Below are positions 1 to 8,861 of a stretch of 64,000 bases of DNA, one piece after another. Origin of the DNA: an uncultured Candidatus Sumerlaeota bacterium. GTDB taxonomy: Bacteria > Sumerlaeota > Sumerlaeia > MWCT01 > JAUWMI01. Made by a program: the position numbers and the translations under genes. The stretch's first letter is position 1. Every line of letters begins with the position of its first letter. The notes under the pieces are model-generated. The model was not told the origin of the DNA. It did not search any database and worked only from the letters and a program-made list of their open reading frames with translations. Location of the stretch: NCBI GenBank assembly GCA_964454265.1, contig CAYVXD010000006.1:140-64139 (forward strand). Direction: 5' to 3'.

Positions 1-30
1 AGGGGTCGGAGGTAAAACTCCCCGACCCCT
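1..30. repeat. GC-rich stem-loop at the window edge
   Basis: Positions 1-9 (aggggtcgg) and 22-30 (ccgacccct) are perfect reverse complements. Further pairing is possible inside. Confidence 0.6.
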
Positions 31-66
31 CAGCTAACTGCTTAACCGGGTGTGAGGGATGCGATT

Positions 67-1200
67 ATGAAGATTGCTATTGATGCTCGATATTTGAGCA
101 ATCTCTATTCCGGAATCGGCGTTTACAGCGAAAACCTCATTCTTCAGCTCTCTCGGCTCGACTCCACAAATCAGTACGTCATTATCGTGCATCCTACCTA
201 CGCCAAGAGCTTGAAGCTGGGCGACAATTTCCGCGTGATAACATACAATGCGCGTCCCGTATCCTTGAAAACGCTGCTCACGCTTCCACGCATTCTGGCG
301 CAAGAGGACGTTGATCTGCTCCACTCCCTTTTCCCTCTGTCACCTCTCTTCTTTGAGGGCAATCTGCTCGTTACTGTGCACGATCTCCAGCCCTTGCTGA
401 TGCCGGAGTTTACGGCCAAGCGCCCCATGCCGATCCGCAAAGGCTATGATTACTTCTACGGATGGGTCTACCCGCGCACGTTGCGCAAGGCCAAATGGAT
501 TGTCTCAGTGAGCGAGGCAACCAAGGCCCATATCACCAGCCTCTTCCCTGAGCTGAAGCACAAAACCATCGTGGTCCACTCGGGCATAGAACGCGATTTC
601 ATCACTGGGGTTGAGCCCTTTGCAATGCGAAAGACCGTGGAAAAGTACGCCATTCCGGAAAAGTATCTCCTCTACGTAGGCAGCACGCGCCCGAATAAGA
701 ATCTGCCACAAATGATTCGCGCCTTCGCCCAGCTGGTAGGGTCAGACACCAAATTCGAAGACCTGATCTTCCTTATGGTGTTGCAGCGCGACCGATTTTT
801 CAAAGACTGCGAACGCCTGATTGACAAACTGGGAGTGCGCCAGCGCGTGAAAATACTCGAAAATCTCACGGAAGAGGAGAAAAAGGTGGTCGTGGCTTAC
901 GCATCGCTCCTCTTTTTTGCTACGAAATATGAAGGCTTTGGTTTCCCTATTCTCGAAGCCCAGGCTTTGGGAACCCCAGTGGTTGCGTCGGATTGCTCTG
1001 CGCTTCCGGAAATTGCTGGCGGTGCAGCGGTGTTGGTTGATCCGGACAAGCCAGAAAAAATGGTGGAGGGAATCAAAAAGATTCTCTCTGACGATACGTT
1101 TCGCACCACTCTGATTAAAAAGGGAAAGACCAACGTGCTCCGCTTCTCATGGGAAAAAACCGCGAAGAAGATTCTCGATATCTACAAGCATCTCTTCTAG
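67..1200 (+). CDS. GT4-family glycosyltransferase
   Basis: ORF 52..1200. The ATG at 67 is preceded by GAGGGA. N-terminus is MKIAIDARYL. The C-terminal EGFGFPILEAQALGTPVV motif (E-x7-E) is typical of retaining GT4 enzymes. Confidence 0.85.
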   Translation: MKIAIDARYLSNLYSGIGVYSENLILQLSRLDSTNQYVIIVHPTYAKSLKLGDNFRVITYNARPVSLKTLLTLPRILAQEDVDLLHSLFPLSPLFFEGNLLVTVHDLQPLLMPEFTAKRPMPIRKGYDYFYGWVYPRTLRKAKWIVSVSEATKAHITSLFPELKHKTIVVHSGIERDFITGVEPFAMRKTVEKYAIPEKYLLYVGSTRPNKNLPQMIRAFAQLVGSDTKFEDLIFLMVLQRDRFFKDCERLIDKLGVRQRVKILENLTEEEKKVVVAYASLLFFATKYEGFGFPILEAQALGTPVVASDCSALPEIAGGAAVLVDPDKPEKMVEGIKKILSDDTFRTTLIKKGKTNVLRFSWEKTAKKILDIYKHLF

Positions 1201-1380
1201 AAGTGCTTTCACAACAGCAGTGCAGCATGTCACGTTATCCAATTATTCAAAGCTCACCAGGATACAATCCTTTGCGCAGTGTACGGCGATTAGTGATGTA
1301 AACTCTAGCGTCGCCACTTCTGGGTGCATACGAGAATTGCAGAATAGCGTCGGACTTTGCAGATGAAGGAGAGGGTAATC

Positions 1381-2556
1381 GTGGGTAAAGTAAGAAGCGG
1401 GCTGGAGATAGTGGTCAAGAGTGGTGGGGAAGTGCTTCGCGGGAAAAGACTTGGAGTGATCACCAACCATACGGGTGTGCTTGACGATGGCACGCACATT
1501 GTGGATGCGCTGATGGGACTGGAGGGGGTGGAAGTTCGTGCGCTGTTCGGGCCGGAACATGGAATTCGGGGCAATCACCCCGCAGGCGTGGCAGTAGAGT
1601 CGGACCGCGACACGAAGACCGGTATACGGATGTATAGCCTTTATGGAAAGACGAAGAAGCCTACACCCGAAATGCTCGAAGGGCTTGATGCGCTGGTCTA
1701 CGATATTCAAGACATTGGCCTGCGGTTCTATACGTACGTCTGGACTATGGCGCTTGCAATGGAGGTTGCTGCAGAGCTGGGCCTGGCGTTCATTGTGCTG
1801 GACAGGCCTAACCCCTTAACAGGGGTGATTCTGGAAGGTAATCTGCTTGATCCACGTTTCGCCTCATTTGTTGGGCTCCACCCGGTGCTAATTCGTTATG
1901 GTCTGACCGCCGGAGAATTGGCCCGTCTTCTGAATGGGGAACGGATGCTTGCGGGAGGACGCCAGGCCCGGTTGGAGGTCATTCCTGTGGAAGGATGGAC
2001 GCGCGAGATGTGGTACGACGAGACCGAGGTTCCCTGGGTGCCGCCCTCCCCGAATATTCCTGACCTCAATTCCGCGATTGCCTTTGCAGGCGCATGCATC
2101 TTTGAAGGAACTAATATCTCGGAAGGCCGGGGAACTCCGCGGCCGTTTCAATATATTACTGCGCCATGGATTGACGGGCCAAAGCTGGTTGAGGTGATGC
2201 AGGGTGAAGCGTTGCGCGGTGTGGAATTGGCGCCCATTGTGGTTAGCCCGAAACCATTTCCCGGTTGTGAAGCGCAGGCGAAGTTCTACACAACTGAGTG
2301 TCATGGGGTAGCGCTTACTGTTACCGATCGCCGCAAGTTTCAGCCGCTTTTATCTGCTCTGACGCTGCTCGTGCAAATCCGCTCGTTGCACCGCGAGAAG
2401 TTCCAATGGCATCCCCAGCATTTTAACCACCTCATGGGAACTGATGCAGTGCTCAAGGCCATTGAAGCCGGTCAGTGTGTGAACTCTATTGTTGCCGAGT
2501 GGACTGCGGATCAGCAGCGCTTCGATGCTCTCCGCAGGCCCTATCTTCTCTACTAG
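1381..2556 (+). CDS. DUF1343 / NamZ (YbbC)-like exo-beta-N-acetylmuramidase family protein
   Basis: ORF 1357..2556. The GTG at 1381 follows AAGGAGAGGG; 1357 and 1363 are alternative starts. The motifs GKRLGVITNHTGV and FGPEHG and the ~390 aa size fit DUF1343. Confidence 0.7.
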   Translation: MGKVRSGLEIVVKSGGEVLRGKRLGVITNHTGVLDDGTHIVDALMGLEGVEVRALFGPEHGIRGNHPAGVAVESDRDTKTGIRMYSLYGKTKKPTPEMLEGLDALVYDIQDIGLRFYTYVWTMALAMEVAAELGLAFIVLDRPNPLTGVILEGNLLDPRFASFVGLHPVLIRYGLTAGELARLLNGERMLAGGRQARLEVIPVEGWTREMWYDETEVPWVPPSPNIPDLNSAIAFAGACIFEGTNISEGRGTPRPFQYITAPWIDGPKLVEVMQGEALRGVELAPIVVSPKPFPGCEAQAKFYTTECHGVALTVTDRRKFQPLLSALTLLVQIRSLHREKFQWHPQHFNHLMGTDAVLKAIEAGQCVNSIVAEWTADQQRFDALRRPYLLY

Positions 2557-2665
2557 CAGCGTCATAGAAGCAACAACGCCGGCCAGAAGCTCGGTACCAT
2601 GCCCGCCTATTTTACTCCATCAGCCAATATTTATTTATGCCCAGATTTAAAAACTCCGTTTGCCG

Positions 2666-2721
2666 TCTACTGTCTGCTGTCTACTGTTTACTGTCTACTG
2701 TCTACTTTCTATTGTTTACGG
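2666..2721. repeat. Heptanucleotide tandem repeat (TCTACTG-like), 8 units
   Basis: Read directly: tctactg tctgctg tctactg tttactg tctactg tctactt tctattg tttacgg. It lies between convergent genes. Confidence 0.9.
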
Positions 2722-3095
2722 CATTGGGCATATAAAGCGGCCGATCCCCAGCGGCTGCATCTAAGGCCTGATGATGCACGTGGGGATCGGCCTGACACGA
2801 TGGGGGACATTTTTTTCAAGAAGGGAATCCGTATCTGTGCTTAGCCTGAGCGGATAGTGCCTCCTTGAGTTCGTAATAGACCCACTCGGCGATACCCGAG
2901 GAGCATAAGAATGCCTTGTTGATCTGCTGAAGTCGGGCCGCCTTTATTACTGTATAAACAAGAATCGTACCCACCTGAAAGACTCCGAACAAAAATTGCA
3001 AAAAATTCTATAAATAATTGAGATTATGAGAGTTGCACACCCTTTGTGACAAGGCCCTCTGCCAATCCATGTTTTTCTTTTCAGCACAGGAATGA

Positions 3096-3138
3096 AGAAT
3101 ATTCTCCAAAAGTGTAGAAAATTGTAGAATATTCTACA
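3096..3138. promoter_or_regulatory. Operator-like palindromes sharing an AGAATATTCT core
   Basis: AGAATATTCT occurs at 3096-3105. A perfect 16-bp palindrome TGTAGAATATTCTACA occurs at 3123-3138. An extra TGTAGAA half-site sits at 3113-3119. Function is unknown. Confidence 0.3.
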
Positions 3139-3239
3139 GTACCCAGGCGAATTCGGACATCTTCTGTTTGGCGAGCCTGAGGTGATTAGGCAATCCAGTG
3201 AAAGAGCGGAGAAAGGAAAGTGCCAGAGTCATCCAAATG

Positions 3240-4937
3240 TCAGAAAGTGGTGGTAATTTCTTGATAGATGTTCTTGACCCTTTCGGCGATCGCTTCCCAG
3301 GTATGCTGTTGGATGGTTTTTTCATATCCCAGCTCACCCATGCGTTGAGCGCGGCCAGGGTCGCGCAGGAGGAGCAAAATGCGGTTGGCGAGGTCTGAAA
3401 CGTTATCGCAGAGAAAACCGTCCATTTCATCCCGAATCAAGGCAGCCACGGGGCGACACTGTCGGTTGCCGATAACCGGCTTTTTGCGCATCCATGCCTC
3501 GCAGAAGACCATGCCGAAACTCTCAGATTCTGACATCATGGCAAAGACACTGCAGGCGTCATAGGCATCCAGGATATCAGCGTGCTTAAGCGAAGGGAAG
3601 TAGCGCATGTAGGGAGAGCTTATGGGCGTTCGGTCTTGGTCGGGCCCGATGAGTACCAGCTGGCATTGCATCTCACGGTTCACCAGTTCTATGGCTTTGA
3701 TGAGCATATCGTAGCGTTTTGTCGCCACCTTGCGGCCGACAAAGAGTACAATGGCTTGGTGTCCAAGCTGGTATCGCTGGCGAAAGCGCTCGCCTGAGAT
3801 TTCGGGCGATTCGTATTCTGTTCTGTCCACTCCAGCGCCGCCGTATTTCGCGTTCACGCCGAGACGCTCGCGGTAGACCTGTTCCGAATACGGAGAATTG
3901 GCAATGATCACGTTGGCGTCGCGCAGCATCTGGTAGTAATGGCGCCAGTGATAGTACTCATCATCCAGATGGGCAAGAGGAAGCAGTGCTACAGGTACGT
4001 TGGCACGACGAGCCATCCGGCATGCATAACCGACTGTTGAGAAGGGAAGGCAATGGCCGAGGATGACATCGTAGCGACCGGCGTTTTTGCGCAAGAATCG
4101 CTGCATACCCAGAGAGATAGGCCCGCGGAGAAGATCGAACGTCCAGCCGCACCAACCCGGTCTGGCCATGGCACGCCGATAAAAGCGGTCCCAAAGCGAC
4201 TCTGGGTCGCGAAGCATAAGGAGGCGATAATCGCTTTCAAGCGGGATGCGTTTTGTTTCCCCGTGGGTCGTATAGCCCACCTCGCACACTGCGATGCCAA
4301 GACGTCGCACATCACGCAGAGGTCGCCAGTGGGAATTAAGAATCACTTCAGCGCACAGTGGACCTGACGCCCCAACGTCAAAAGAAAACTGCTGGTAGTC
4401 CGGTGTTGTCTGTAACGTACCTGCATGGTCGCCATTGATGATGAGATTTCCCACTATGCGTTTCGGGCAGCGCGCCACAAGATGAATCTGCGAGACGTCA
4501 GAGTGGTTTATAAAAAGTTCTGCGTGCTGTTGAGTCCACCGCATCACGCCATCCGCATGGATTTCAGGATAATACCAACCGCGCCCAAGGAGACCCTGAC
4601 CCTCAGGGCACAGATTTGCAGCTAATGGAAGACGCCATTCTTCCTTGTCCCATTGGCTTTGCAATGCGTATGCCCCTACTCCGAACAGAGACGACGGAAG
4701 ATTCTGAGGCGGGAAGCGAAATACCCGTAAAGACCCGACTCGCTCGGGACCTTTGTGATAGGCATTGTCCCAGCGAACGCCAAAGTGGGTCTTTGGAGTT
4801 AGGTGCCGGGCAGTTGTAGCAAGAATATCCACTTCGATCCCTTTGTGTGTCAGGTATTCGGAGAGTTTCATCAGGTGATACTCGGCGCCTCCGACAACTT
4901 CCGGGCCAAAGCGAAATGTGACGTGGAGTGCTTTCAT
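3240..4937 (-). CDS. GT4 glycosyltransferase with a ~105-aa inserted beta-sandwich-like module
   Basis: 565 aa. The C-terminal ESESFGMVFCEAWMRKKPVIG is a GT4 E-x7-E region. An insertion at about residues 118-222 starts at GWYYPE....MRWT. The start overlaps the upstream stop (ATGA at 4934-4937). Confidence 0.85.
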   Translation of the reverse strand: MKALHVTFRFGPEVVGGAEYHLMKLSEYLTHKGIEVDILATTARHLTPKTHFGVRWDNAYHKGPERVGSLRVFRFPPQNLPSSLFGVGAYALQSQWDKEEWRLPLAANLCPEGQGLLGRGWYYPEIHADGVMRWTQQHAELFINHSDVSQIHLVARCPKRIVGNLIINGDHAGTLQTTPDYQQFSFDVGASGPLCAEVILNSHWRPLRDVRRLGIAVCEVGYTTHGETKRIPLESDYRLLMLRDPESLWDRFYRRAMARPGWCGWTFDLLRGPISLGMQRFLRKNAGRYDVILGHCLPFSTVGYACRMARRANVPVALLPLAHLDDEYYHWRHYYQMLRDANVIIANSPYSEQVYRERLGVNAKYGGAGVDRTEYESPEISGERFRQRYQLGHQAIVLFVGRKVATKRYDMLIKAIELVNREMQCQLVLIGPDQDRTPISSPYMRYFPSLKHADILDAYDACSVFAMMSESESFGMVFCEAWMRKKPVIGNRQCRPVAALIRDEMDGFLCDNVSDLANRILLLLRDPGRAQRMGELGYEKTIQQHTWEAIAERVKNIYQEITTTF

Positions 4938-7402
4938 GTTCGTGATTGAGCGCTGCGCTGCTGAGTGGGGTCGGAGACGTCTTTTTGCATCTGCGCGTGG
5001 CGGAGCAACGTTGTCAACGTCTCAGTCATATGTTCTGCAATCAACTTCCAATCGTACTGTGTAGTGGCAAGCTGGCGGGCATTGCGGCTCAGCATGTCTG
5101 CGAGAGACTTGTCCGCCTGGAGACGCCGGAGCTGTGTAATAAACTCGCTTCGATCGCAGATTATGGCGTGCCTGCCATCCACGACGTCAAACCCGCGCGC
5201 TCCAATTGCTGTAGTTACCGTGGGCAGTCCTGCCGCCAGAAAATCCCCCATCTTAACGTTTGTGCCTGAGCCGTAAGACATAGGATTTATAGCAAAGTCA
5301 GCAAGATGCAGGAGCTCGCGCAGAATGAACCTTTCTACCTCATAAAAGAGCTTAACATTCGATGGGGGAGGAGAATCTTTCACTTCCCAGCAAACGCTTC
5401 CCACAATAAAAAAGAGCAGATCGGGAAGCGCAGGGGCGAGTTCGTTGATGATGAACTGGACAGCATTAATGTTTGGACCGTGGGCGCTTCCGATGAAAAA
5501 GACCACGGGGTATGGCTGAAGTCCGATCTCCTGTTTGTACGCCTGCTTTTCGGCTATGGGAATAGGCAGGAAGAACGAAGTGTCGACACCGTTCGGAAAC
5601 ACGTAGCAGGGCGTACTTGTCTTGTACAGCTCTTGCATGCGGTGCACATCGCCTTTTGAGACGCAAAAAATGGCTGAACTCTTGCGACAGGCCAGTGCTT
5701 CTACGCGTTTCACGCACCGGGTGATAAATCTGTCACAACGTTTTTTAAAGAGATCCTGTTTCAGATCTGCTTCTACGTTCTGTGTTTCGTGAATGCGCAG
5801 GTGCTTGTGGTATCCACGAAGATGGCGAAAGAGGTAGCAGTGACACGCAATAAGAACCTCTGATGTATCTGCGCAGCGACGCAGCATCTTTTTGAATTGG
5901 AAATTCCATTTCGAGAAGAAAATCGCTAGCACATCGTCCAGAGACTTCTTGAAAAGCTTTAAACAGATGCGTTCGCTCAGACGATGGAGACGTTCTTCTG
6001 GGATCGTGATCTGGTAGAAATTTTCGCATATGGTCTGGCAATGCGCATGTGGCCTAGTGTGGTCGAAACAGAGATAGCAGATGCGGAAATGCGCGGCGAT
6101 ATGGGAGTAGAGGTTGTAGATACGAAACTGGCCACCAAACTGCAAGGGGAGAACGGGATAGTTGTTCACCACAGTAATGACAGGCAACCGTGGTTGTTCG
6201 AGTGCAGCGTGCATGCGACGGGCAATCTGCTGCCAGTCGAAGGATTGTTCAACAAGCTGACGGCCGTTTTGCCGCAGTTGCTCGCGGAGCGGTTCGTTTT
6301 TGAGCAGGCTGTTGATTGCGTGAGAGAATTCTCGTGCATGGCAGAGAATGGCCGTGCGATTGGATTCAAGCGACAAGCCGCGCGCACCGATAGGAGTGGA
6401 GACCACGGGAATACCCGAAGCCAGATAATCGAGCATTTTGATGTTCGTGCCTGAGCCGGAGAACATCGGATTAATGGCGATGTCTGCTGCCATCAGCAGA
6501 TTGCGTTTCTTCTCCTCGCTCACCGTGCCAAGGATCCGAACATTTTGTGAAGGAGGGGAGCTAAAAAACTTGCAAACACTGCCGGCGATGAGAAATACGC
6601 AGTGCGGTATCGCTGGGGCCAGCGTGTCGAGAATGTAACGGGCAGCTTCGACATTTGGGGTATGTGCACTGCCGAAAAAAAGCAACGCTGGCTTGTCGGT
6701 AATCTGCAATGTAGCTTTTGCCTGCTGGCGTTCAGTAGGCGTGGGAATGCGCACGTTACGAGTGTCAACGCCATTAGGTGCGAGTGCGACTTTCGTGGGC
6801 AAGACTTCGTATAGCTCGAAGAAGCGCTGGCGATCAGCGTCGGATGTTGCAAAGATCAATTCAGCTCGTTGGCAGAGGCGTTTCTCGAGACGTTTCACAT
6901 ATTGACACAAGAGCCATCCAAGAGGACCTCTCAATCCTGCCTGGTGGAGGTCGAATTCCACATTGTATGAATTGTAAACCTCGCGTTGACCCGCGCTTGC
7001 CTTCACCACGGAAACGAGGAATGGGGAGTCGTGTATAATTAGATCAGCGCTCTTGATCTGTTCGGTGATGCAACGGCGCAGGGCCTTGTGGAAGCGACAG
7101 GCGAGGCCAACCACGATGCCTGAACACTCGGGGAACTTTCCCAGTCGGTCCAGAAGACGGTGTAGAAAGATATAGGCGCGAGACTTCGGAACGCGGTATT
7201 CTATGAGGTTTGGATGATGCTGAACGATCTCCGGTTTGGCCTCAGGGAAGGTGGGATTAATGAGCGTGATGTCGTAGTGCTCGGCCAGTGCTTTATAGAT
7301 GGAGAAGTAGCGGAGCTCGCCACCACTTTTGGGCGGGGTAAAGGCCGGAAAGAAATTCACGACGAGTATCTTTTTTTTCCGTTGTTCAGTGTCGTTCATC
7401 AA
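4934..7402 (-). CDS. Two-module (tandem GT4-GT4) glycosyltransferase, WbdA-like architecture
   Basis: 822 aa. Both halves carry the same C-terminal motif: INPMFSGSGTNIKMLDYLASGIPVVSTPIGARG and INPMSYGSGTNVKMGDFLAAGLPTVTTAIGARG. This indicates an internal duplication of a GT-B module. Confidence 0.85.
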   Translation of the reverse strand: MMNDTEQRKKKILVVNFFPAFTPPKSGGELRYFSIYKALAEHYDITLINPTFPEAKPEIVQHHPNLIEYRVPKSRAYIFLHRLLDRLGKFPECSGIVVGLACRFHKALRRCITEQIKSADLIIHDSPFLVSVVKASAGQREVYNSYNVEFDLHQAGLRGPLGWLLCQYVKRLEKRLCQRAELIFATSDADRQRFFELYEVLPTKVALAPNGVDTRNVRIPTPTERQQAKATLQITDKPALLFFGSAHTPNVEAARYILDTLAPAIPHCVFLIAGSVCKFFSSPPSQNVRILGTVSEEKKRNLLMAADIAINPMFSGSGTNIKMLDYLASGIPVVSTPIGARGLSLESNRTAILCHAREFSHAINSLLKNEPLREQLRQNGRQLVEQSFDWQQIARRMHAALEQPRLPVITVVNNYPVLPLQFGGQFRIYNLYSHIAAHFRICYLCFDHTRPHAHCQTICENFYQITIPEERLHRLSERICLKLFKKSLDDVLAIFFSKWNFQFKKMLRRCADTSEVLIACHCYLFRHLRGYHKHLRIHETQNVEADLKQDLFKKRCDRFITRCVKRVEALACRKSSAIFCVSKGDVHRMQELYKTSTPCYVFPNGVDTSFFLPIPIAEKQAYKQEIGLQPYPVVFFIGSAHGPNINAVQFIINELAPALPDLLFFIVGSVCWEVKDSPPPSNVKLFYEVERFILRELLHLADFAINPMSYGSGTNVKMGDFLAAGLPTVTTAIGARGFDVVDGRHAIICDRSEFITQLRRLQADKSLADMLSRNARQLATTQYDWKLIAEHMTETLTTLLRHAQMQKDVSDPTQQRSAQSRT

Positions 7403-7479
7403 GACTCTTTTTCGTCTGCTGTTATGTTTGGGCAGTGCCTTTTAGGCCTGGCGGCCTCCTCTGACAGATCGCCCATACC

Positions 7480-8676
7480 CTATTTACGCGCCAGGACTGC
7501 ATAATCCTGATAGCCAAAGACAAGGTTGTTTAGCTTGTGGAAATTCTCGTCAGTCTTTTGATGTCCTACAGTGCCCAGCTGTTTCCAGGCTTCCACTGGT
7601 GAGGTAAGTCGGACGTCAACATCACGAAAGCCGGTTTTCGTGAGCATGAATCGGATCATGTCGGCAAAGAGGGGCTTATTGTGCGTAAAGTCCATGAAGA
7701 ACCAGCGGAGTCCATAGACCGACTCGGGATTAACGGTTTCAAGAATAAGCAGGCCTTCGGGCCGAAGCGTCCTGTGGCTCAGGGCAAAAAAATCGCAGAG
7801 ATCTCTGATAAAGAGGTGCTCAATAAATTGAAATGCACTTATGCCAAGGAGGGAGTTCTCTTCGACTTCAGCGAGATAGGCGAGGGCGTCGGCCTTTGCG
7901 ACCTCCAGGTCAAGTTCGTGACAGTGCGTAACCATCACTTCGTTCGAATCGACCCCTCTTGCCGGTACGTCTCGTGATTTAAGGTGCTGGAGGAACTCGC
8001 CACGGCCACAGCCGACATCCAGGTGGTAGGCTTTGTTGAATTCTGCCTGATGTGCTGCGCAATGCTCTGCAACAAGTGTAGCATAATGTTCCCAACGCTT
8101 CCAGTTCACATCGTCGCTGCCCCGAAAAGCCTGCTCGAATTCAAAGTAAAACTCATCGTTTGGATAATTAGCCTGGGCGGCAAGGCGTGCAATGGTTCCG
8201 GGTGATTGGAGTTGGCGTACGTTATCGCCCAGTGAGTCCAGGTTTGACTTAAGACTCTGGGATGAAGATTGGAGCTGGCACACGTTATCAGCCAGAAATT
8301 CCAAGTCTGGAGCAATCTCGTCAATTTTCCGGAAAGAAGATTGCAGATGGTGCACACTTTTCGCCAGGGAGCCCAAGACTCGCGAGACAGCGTCGTTGTA
8401 CTCCATTTGTTCCCGCGTGTAGACTAGAATGAGGCGACGGATTAGCTTTTTCAGCGGTGCAAATCGGCTACCTGGTTGAATATAGCCCGGGAACTTTTTA
8501 CGAGCAATCAGCTCGAGGTCGGCAGCAATGTCGGCCGTAAGGGAAGGCTCTCCCTGTGTAGGCGACGCTGGGGCCATAAGAGGCTCCCCCTGAGGAACGG
8601 CGTGCTGTTGCTGTCTCTCCAATCGGGCACGAATGCGTGCCAGAATTTGTTCCGGCGTCATCTCTTTTGCATTCAT
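7480..8676 (-). CDS. Class I SAM-dependent methyltransferase with a long N-terminal helical/coiled-coil-like region (candidate chain terminator)
   Basis: 398 aa. The SAM motif LDVGCGRGEF is in the C-terminal half. The N-terminal ~190 aa are helical and low-complexity, with duplicated LADNVCQLQS / LGDNVRQLQS units. Confidence 0.8.
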   Translation of the reverse strand: MNAKEMTPEQILARIRARLERQQQHAVPQGEPLMAPASPTQGEPSLTADIAADLELIARKKFPGYIQPGSRFAPLKKLIRRLILVYTREQMEYNDAVSRVLGSLAKSVHHLQSSFRKIDEIAPDLEFLADNVCQLQSSSQSLKSNLDSLGDNVRQLQSPGTIARLAAQANYPNDEFYFEFEQAFRGSDDVNWKRWEHYATLVAEHCAAHQAEFNKAYHLDVGCGRGEFLQHLKSRDVPARGVDSNEVMVTHCHELDLEVAKADALAYLAEVEENSLLGISAFQFIEHLFIRDLCDFFALSHRTLRPEGLLILETVNPESVYGLRWFFMDFTHNKPLFADMIRFMLTKTGFRDVDVRLTSPVEAWKQLGTVGHQKTDENFHKLNNLVFGYQDYAVLARK

Positions 8677-8833
8677 TGTAATTCACCTTTGATTTACGTT
8701 TTTATAACCTCGGAAGTGTTTGGCAATATGTCGATGTTATCCGTCCATGTATGGCCAGGATTATGGCGCGTTTAGGAACCAGAAAGAAGAGGATAAATCA
8801 AAGATCTCGTATAACGATTCATCGCATGCCTTT

Positions 8834-8861
8834 GTAGGGGCAATTCATGAATTGCCCCTAC
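8834..8861. repeat. 28-bp perfect palindrome gtaggggcaattcatgaattgcccctac
   Basis: Read directly. It overlaps the wzt stop codon (8858-8860) and lies between the co-directional wzt and methyltransferase genes. Confidence 0.9.

Noticed and set aside
2599-2844. 81-aa ORF with VYCLLSTVYCLLSTFYCL
   Set aside because: The repetitive peptide is just the heptanucleotide microsatellite read in frame. There is no RBS and no other coding signal.
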